From positions 1,789 through 65,788 of the forward strand of contig JAFGMO010000009.1 of assembly GCA_016927475.1 (NCBI GenBank): a stretch of 64,000 nt of DNA. The letters are read 5' to 3'. The notes beneath the pieces are model-generated. The model did not search any database. It saw only the letters and a program-made list of their open reading frames with translations, and was not told the DNA's origin. The stretch comes from Candidatus Aminicenantes bacterium. Its GTDB lineage: Bacteria; Acidobacteriota; Aminicenantia; Aminicenantales; Aminicenantaceae. Position 1 is the first letter of the stretch; the number at the start of each line of letters is the position of its first letter. The position numbers were made by a program, and so were the translations under genes. Of the stretch, positions 59,974 through 64,000 are shown piece after piece.

Positions 59974-62331
59974 TCACTCATAGCGGAGAGCCTTAGCCGG
60001 ATTCGTCGACGCCGCCCGCAATGCTTGAAAACTCACGGAAAAAACAGCCATAAGCAGGGCCGTGACCATGGCCCCTAAAAAAACAAAAACGGATAGTTGG
60101 GTGCGGTAGGCATAACCCTTAAGCCAGTGTGACATGAGCAGGTAGGAGAGCGGCCAGGCAATAACATTGGCCAGCAGAACCAGCACGAAAAATTCACGGC
60201 AGAGAAGGACCACAATTTGGGAAACAGTAGCTCCCAATGTTTTTCGAATGCCAATCTCTTTGGTCCTTTGCTCCGCGGTAAAAGAAGCCAAACCGAAAAG
60301 CCCCAGGCAGGCAACAAATACGGCCAGAACGGCAAAATAATTGAGCAAAGACCCTATCCGCTGTTCGGACCTGTAAAGACGCTCGAATCTTTCATCGATA
60401 AAATGATACTCAAAAGGATAATCAGGTAAAATACTGTTCCATACCCTTTCAATTTTTTGAACGGAATCACTGATACTGGTTGGGCTGACACGCATAAGCA
60501 TATAGTTGATTTGAGGACGATAGACAATAAAGGTTATAGGCTCGATCTTGTTCTGCAGGGACTGATAGTGAAAATTTTTCATAACACCAATAATTGTCCC
60601 TCGGATACCCATGAATGTGAAACGTTCACCGACAACGGACTTCTTTCCCATGATTTTGGCGACTTCCTCATTGACGATAAAACTCCGGCCGTCGTCCGAG
60701 GCTACGTCCCTAGAGAACGGCCGGCCTTCGGCCATCTCGATTCCCACGGTTTTCGTATAGTCAAAATCAACGGCGTTGAAACCTATGAGCACGGTAAAGG
60801 CGGGATCTTTTCCTTCCCAAGTCGCATTGCTGGAATTGCTCCCAATATGCGTCGGCAGTTGGGAGGTTGCCGTAACACCCAGAATCCCCGGCTCCTGAAT
60901 CAGCTCTTGCTTGAGAACGTTATAAGAACTCCTGAGTTCCGGCCGAAGGGGAACGTAAATAAGATGGTCCTTATCCCAGCCCAGACGCTGGTTTTTCATA
61001 TAATAAAGCTGCTTGTAAACGACCACGGTGCCGATGATGAGAAGAACGGACAGGGAAAATTGAACAACGACCAGGATCCTTCTGAAAAGAACACCTCCGG
61101 TTCCGGACCTGAAAGATCCTCTGAGAACCTTGACAGGTCTGAAAGAGGATAAAAAGACAGCCGGATAGCTGCCGGCTATAATACCGGTAAAAACAGTGAT
61201 GCCCAGAAGGCCGGCTAGAATGCTCCCGATGCCGCCCACTTTCCAGGACATTTCTTTAGCAGCCAGGTTGCCGAAAACGGGAAGAAGCAGGGTGACGATG
61301 ATCACGGCCAATATCAGAGCGATAAGGGAAACGATAATCGACTCCCCATAAAACTGCCGTAAAAGATGAGACTTCTGGGCTCCGACAACCTTTCGCAGTC
61401 CAACTTCCTTAGCCCGGTTGGCGGACCGGGCCGTTGACAGGTTCATAAAATTGATACATGCAATCAGCAAAACAAAAAAAGCGATGGCGGAAAAAATATA
61501 GACGTACTGAATGGCACCCGGATCCTTATCATAACCCCAGTAAGAATGAAGGTGCAGGCGTTTGTATGGAATAAGCTCCAGGTCGGTTCGGCTTTGACGC
61601 ACACGCTTTCTGATAAATCCAAAAATTTTTTCATTGGCCGCTTTAAAGGCAGAAGGCTCTTGAAGCTGAATAAAGGTTTGAATGGAATTGCTGCCGAAAT
61701 GCTCGTTGGTCTGGCCGATTTGTTTTAAAAATTCATAAGGAAGAAGAATATCGAACTCAAGGCTGGAATTATGCGGGACCTCTTTCAAAATTCCGGTTAC
61801 TGTAAACTCATGTTTATTGTTGACCTCGATAACCTTTCCAATGGGATTTTCATCACCGAAATATTTGACGGCGATATCTTCGGATAAAATGAGGGAATGA
61901 GGATCTTGTAAGACCTCATCAACGTTGCCCTTGAGAAGAGGAAAAGTGAACATCTTCAAAAAAGAAGGATCGACAGCCCGCGCCTCGTTTTCGTAGTATG
62001 CCTTTCCCTTGTATTCCAAAAGGAGGCCCGGCACGTAAACAAACCGTGTGGCATCCATGATTTCGGGAATCTCCGCGACAAGGACCGGGCCCAACGGATA
62101 GGGAGTGACCGTGACATGGAAATCACGGCCGGAATAATGCTGGTTCTCCTCAACCCGGTGCAGAACATCTATGTTTTCGTGGAATTTATCGAAACTCAGT
62201 TCATCCAGAACCCATATTGTGATAAGCAGGCAGCAGGCCATACCGATGGCCAAGCCGAAAATATTAATGAGTGAATAACCTTTATGCTTGGAAAGGGAAC
62301 GAAGAGTCACCTTGATATAGTTTTTGAGCAT
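59974..62331 (-). CDS. Duplicated FtsX/MacB-like ABC permease (orphan)
   Basis: MLKNYIKV..INIFGLAIGMAC, ACINFMNLSTARS..AKEVGLRKVVGA, EQRTKEIGIRK, NPAKALRYE. ATG 62331 preferred over 62457. Confidence 0.92.
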   Translation of the reverse strand: MLKNYIKVTLRSLSKHKGYSLINIFGLAIGMACCLLITIWVLDELSFDKFHENIDVLHRVEENQHYSGRDFHVTVTPYPLGPVLVAEIPEIMDATRFVYVPGLLLEYKGKAYYENEARAVDPSFLKMFTFPLLKGNVDEVLQDPHSLILSEDIAVKYFGDENPIGKVIEVNNKHEFTVTGILKEVPHNSSLEFDILLPYEFLKQIGQTNEHFGSNSIQTFIQLQEPSAFKAANEKIFGFIRKRVRQSRTDLELIPYKRLHLHSYWGYDKDPGAIQYVYIFSAIAFFVLLIACINFMNLSTARSANRAKEVGLRKVVGAQKSHLLRQFYGESIIVSLIALILAVIIVTLLLPVFGNLAAKEMSWKVGGIGSILAGLLGITVFTGIIAGSYPAVFLSSFRPVKVLRGSFRSGTGGVLFRRILVVVQFSLSVLLIIGTVVVYKQLYYMKNQRLGWDKDHLIYVPLRPELRSSYNVLKQELIQEPGILGVTATSQLPTHIGSNSSNATWEGKDPAFTVLIGFNAVDFDYTKTVGIEMAEGRPFSRDVASDDGRSFIVNEEVAKIMGKKSVVGERFTFMGIRGTIIGVMKNFHYQSLQNKIEPITFIVYRPQINYMLMRVSPTSISDSVQKIERVWNSILPDYPFEYHFIDERFERLYRSEQRIGSLLNYFAVLAVFVACLGLFGLASFTAEQRTKEIGIRKTLGATVSQIVVLLCREFFVLVLLANVIAWPLSYLLMSHWLKGYAYRTQLSVFVFLGAMVTALLMAVFSVSFQALRAASTNPAKALRYE

Positions 62332-62516
62332 GTATGTCTCCTTGGTAGTTTTTCTGTTTATATAGTAAAACGTATCATAGAGAAAATAGTTTGCCTTTAT
62401 TGATTGTCCGGGCTTTTGTCCGGGCTTTTTGACATTCTTCGCCTTCGTATGATACAAGCAGAACTATATCACATGGTAAAAATGTTTCCTTCCCTCTCAA
62501 CAAAAAAGGAGGCAAC

Positions 62517-64000
62517 ATGATTTTAAACAAAAAAGGTAAAATACTTCTTTTTGTCATACCATCGCTGATTCTGATGGGAATCGGTACCGCCTGTAAACCT
62601 CAGCCTTTTCAAAGTGAAAAATGGAACATCGATATCGATGCCAAAGACTGCAACCTGACCATCAACCATCAGGAATGTGGTCCTATTCTTACCCAAGCCG
62701 AGCTTTCGCTTATCAAACCGGAGGGAGTCTTGCGTTTATCGGATTGGACGGTGAAACGTACCCGAGACATGCTGAACATAATATGCGGAGATCCTGAGAA
62801 AATCACTTGGACATTTTCCTTTTCCCCCAATAAAATCACTATTCTTTGTCCTGTAGAAGGCGGAATTTTATCTGGAAAGGCTCCTGCAGGGAAAAACCGG
62901 ATTCCGGCCCGGACCGAAGACCAGGACAACGGTATCCTGTACACGTCTCTTGGTTTTGTTTCGGCTGCCGGTATCAATTGTCTTTTTGACCGGCAAACCG
63001 ATACCATTATCAAATTTCCAAAAACCGGCACTTTGAAGCGTGCCCCGGAAAATGTGGAACAAATGGACGTTTCCTTCCCGTTGGAAAACGAAACGGTCAT
63101 CGAACTTCAACCGGATTATTACAAGCAAGTCCTGGGGCTCAAATATTATGCTCCCCGGGCCACTCGTTTTGAGTCGGCCCCCGTTGCCTGGAGTTCCTGG
63201 TATTGTTACTACATGGGACTGACCGAAGGGGATGTCATCAATGAAGTCGACGCTTTATCGCGTTTTTTGGCTCCGTACGGCCTCGAGTTTATTCAAATCG
63301 ACGCCTGCTATACTCGAGGGGAAAAGGCTAATTACCTACAATGGAACAAGGAAGCTTTCCCCAACGGAGGAAAATGGCTTTTTCACTCCATCCTAAGCAA
63401 GGGCCTTAAACCCGCACTCTGGATTAATGTCTACGGCTCCAATTATGCTTCTCCCGAGTGTGCTGATAAATATCCCGAAAATTTTTACCTTCGTGATGAA
63501 AACGGAAGCCTTTCCGGGGCTTGCTGTACAGCGGACGATACCGTTGTCCGTCTGGATTACAGCAATCCCGATGTCATCGAAAAACACCTCAAACCCATGT
63601 TTCGCACACTGGTCGACGAATGGGGATTGCTCTACATCAAAGATGCAGGCTGGGGAACCTGGATCGACTATTTTGACAAAAACAAGGAACAGGCGTTTGA
63701 TCCAAATCGTACCGGCCGGGATATATACGTTGAAGTCCAAAAAACGCTTAGGGAAATTCTGGGACCCGGTGTTTATATCGGGGGCTGTGCCATGCATGAA
63801 GTCGGCTTGTGTTTCGGCATCTTTGACGGATCCCGCACCGGAGGCGATGATAAGGCCGTCTGGCATCCGGAAAAAGAGGACGGAATGTCAATGCAGACCT
63901 ACTTTCATTCGCTGTTCGGCGCCAACTACCTCAACAATATCACCTGGCAATGTGATCCGGATGCCGCCATGGTGCGCGACCCCCTCACCCTTGAGGAAGG
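62517..64000 (+). CDS. GH36/GH27-like (alpha-galactosidase-like TIM barrel) lipoprotein; 3'-truncated, not in the ORF track
   Basis: RBS GGAGG; ATG 62517; lipobox GTAC; hand translation open to the window end with WSSWYCYY, IQIDACY, FPNG, GLKPALW, LDYSNP, YIKD, SRTGGD, WQCDPD. Confidence 0.8.
   Translation, partial: MILNKKGKILLFVIPSLILMGIGTACKPQPFQSEKWNIDIDAKDCNLTINHQECGPILTQAELSLIKPEGVLRLSDWTVKRTRDMLNIICGDPEKITWTFSFSPNKITILCPVEGGILSGKAPAGKNRIPARTEDQDNGILYTSLGFVSAAGINCLFDRQTDTIIKFPKTGTLKRAPENVEQMDVSFPLENETVIELQPDYYKQVLGLKYYAPRATRFESAPVAWSSWYCYYMGLTEGDVINEVDALSRFLAPYGLEFIQIDACYTRGEKANYLQWNKEAFPNGGKWLFHSILSKGLKPALWINVYGSNYASPECADKYPENFYLRDENGSLSGACCTADDTVVRLDYSNPDVIEKHLKPMFRTLVDEWGLLYIKDAGWGTWIDYFDKNKEQAFDPNRTGRDIYVEVQKTLREILGPGVYIGGCAMHEVGLCFGIFDGSRTGGDDKAVWHPEKEDGMSMQTYFHSLFGANYLNNITWQCDPDAAMVRDPLTLEE

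Noticed and set aside
62404-62427. 12-bp tandem repeat TTGTCCGGGCTT x2
   Set aside because: Only two units; could be an operator in a divergent promoter but has no further support.

Overview
A gene-dense, chromosomal-looking bacterial window of roughly 45-50% GC. Gene content suggests Acidobacteriota/Aminicenantia or a similar heterotrophic anaerobe (PadR plus orphan duplicated ABC permeases, many secreted peptidases, TonB-domain proteins, BNR glycosidase); this assignment is inference only. It holds about 44 CDS (peptidases M56/M14/M42/M1, MFS/SSS/NSS transporters, tkt, pyrF, prephenate dehydratase, GH2, sulfatase, a GH36-like gene running off the right edge) and one tRNA-Arg(CCG). No CRISPR array, rRNA, integrase or transposase was seen. 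Best leads: (1) an NTT/ATP-ADP-translocase-type transporter clustered with two signal-peptide-bearing atypical (PI4K/HipA-like) kinases and a secreted beta-propeller lipoprotein, a candidate system for ATP export and extracytoplasmic phosphorylation; (2) a dispersed ~255-270 bp non-coding repeat with terminal inverted repeats and nested stems showing many compensatory changes between copies, whose ends often sit directly after stop codons; (3) an active/pseudo-enzyme pair of secreted M42 peptidases; (4) a Fis-like gene missed by the ORF track that lacks a canonical upstream start; (5) an MFS peptide transporter split by one in-frame TAA.
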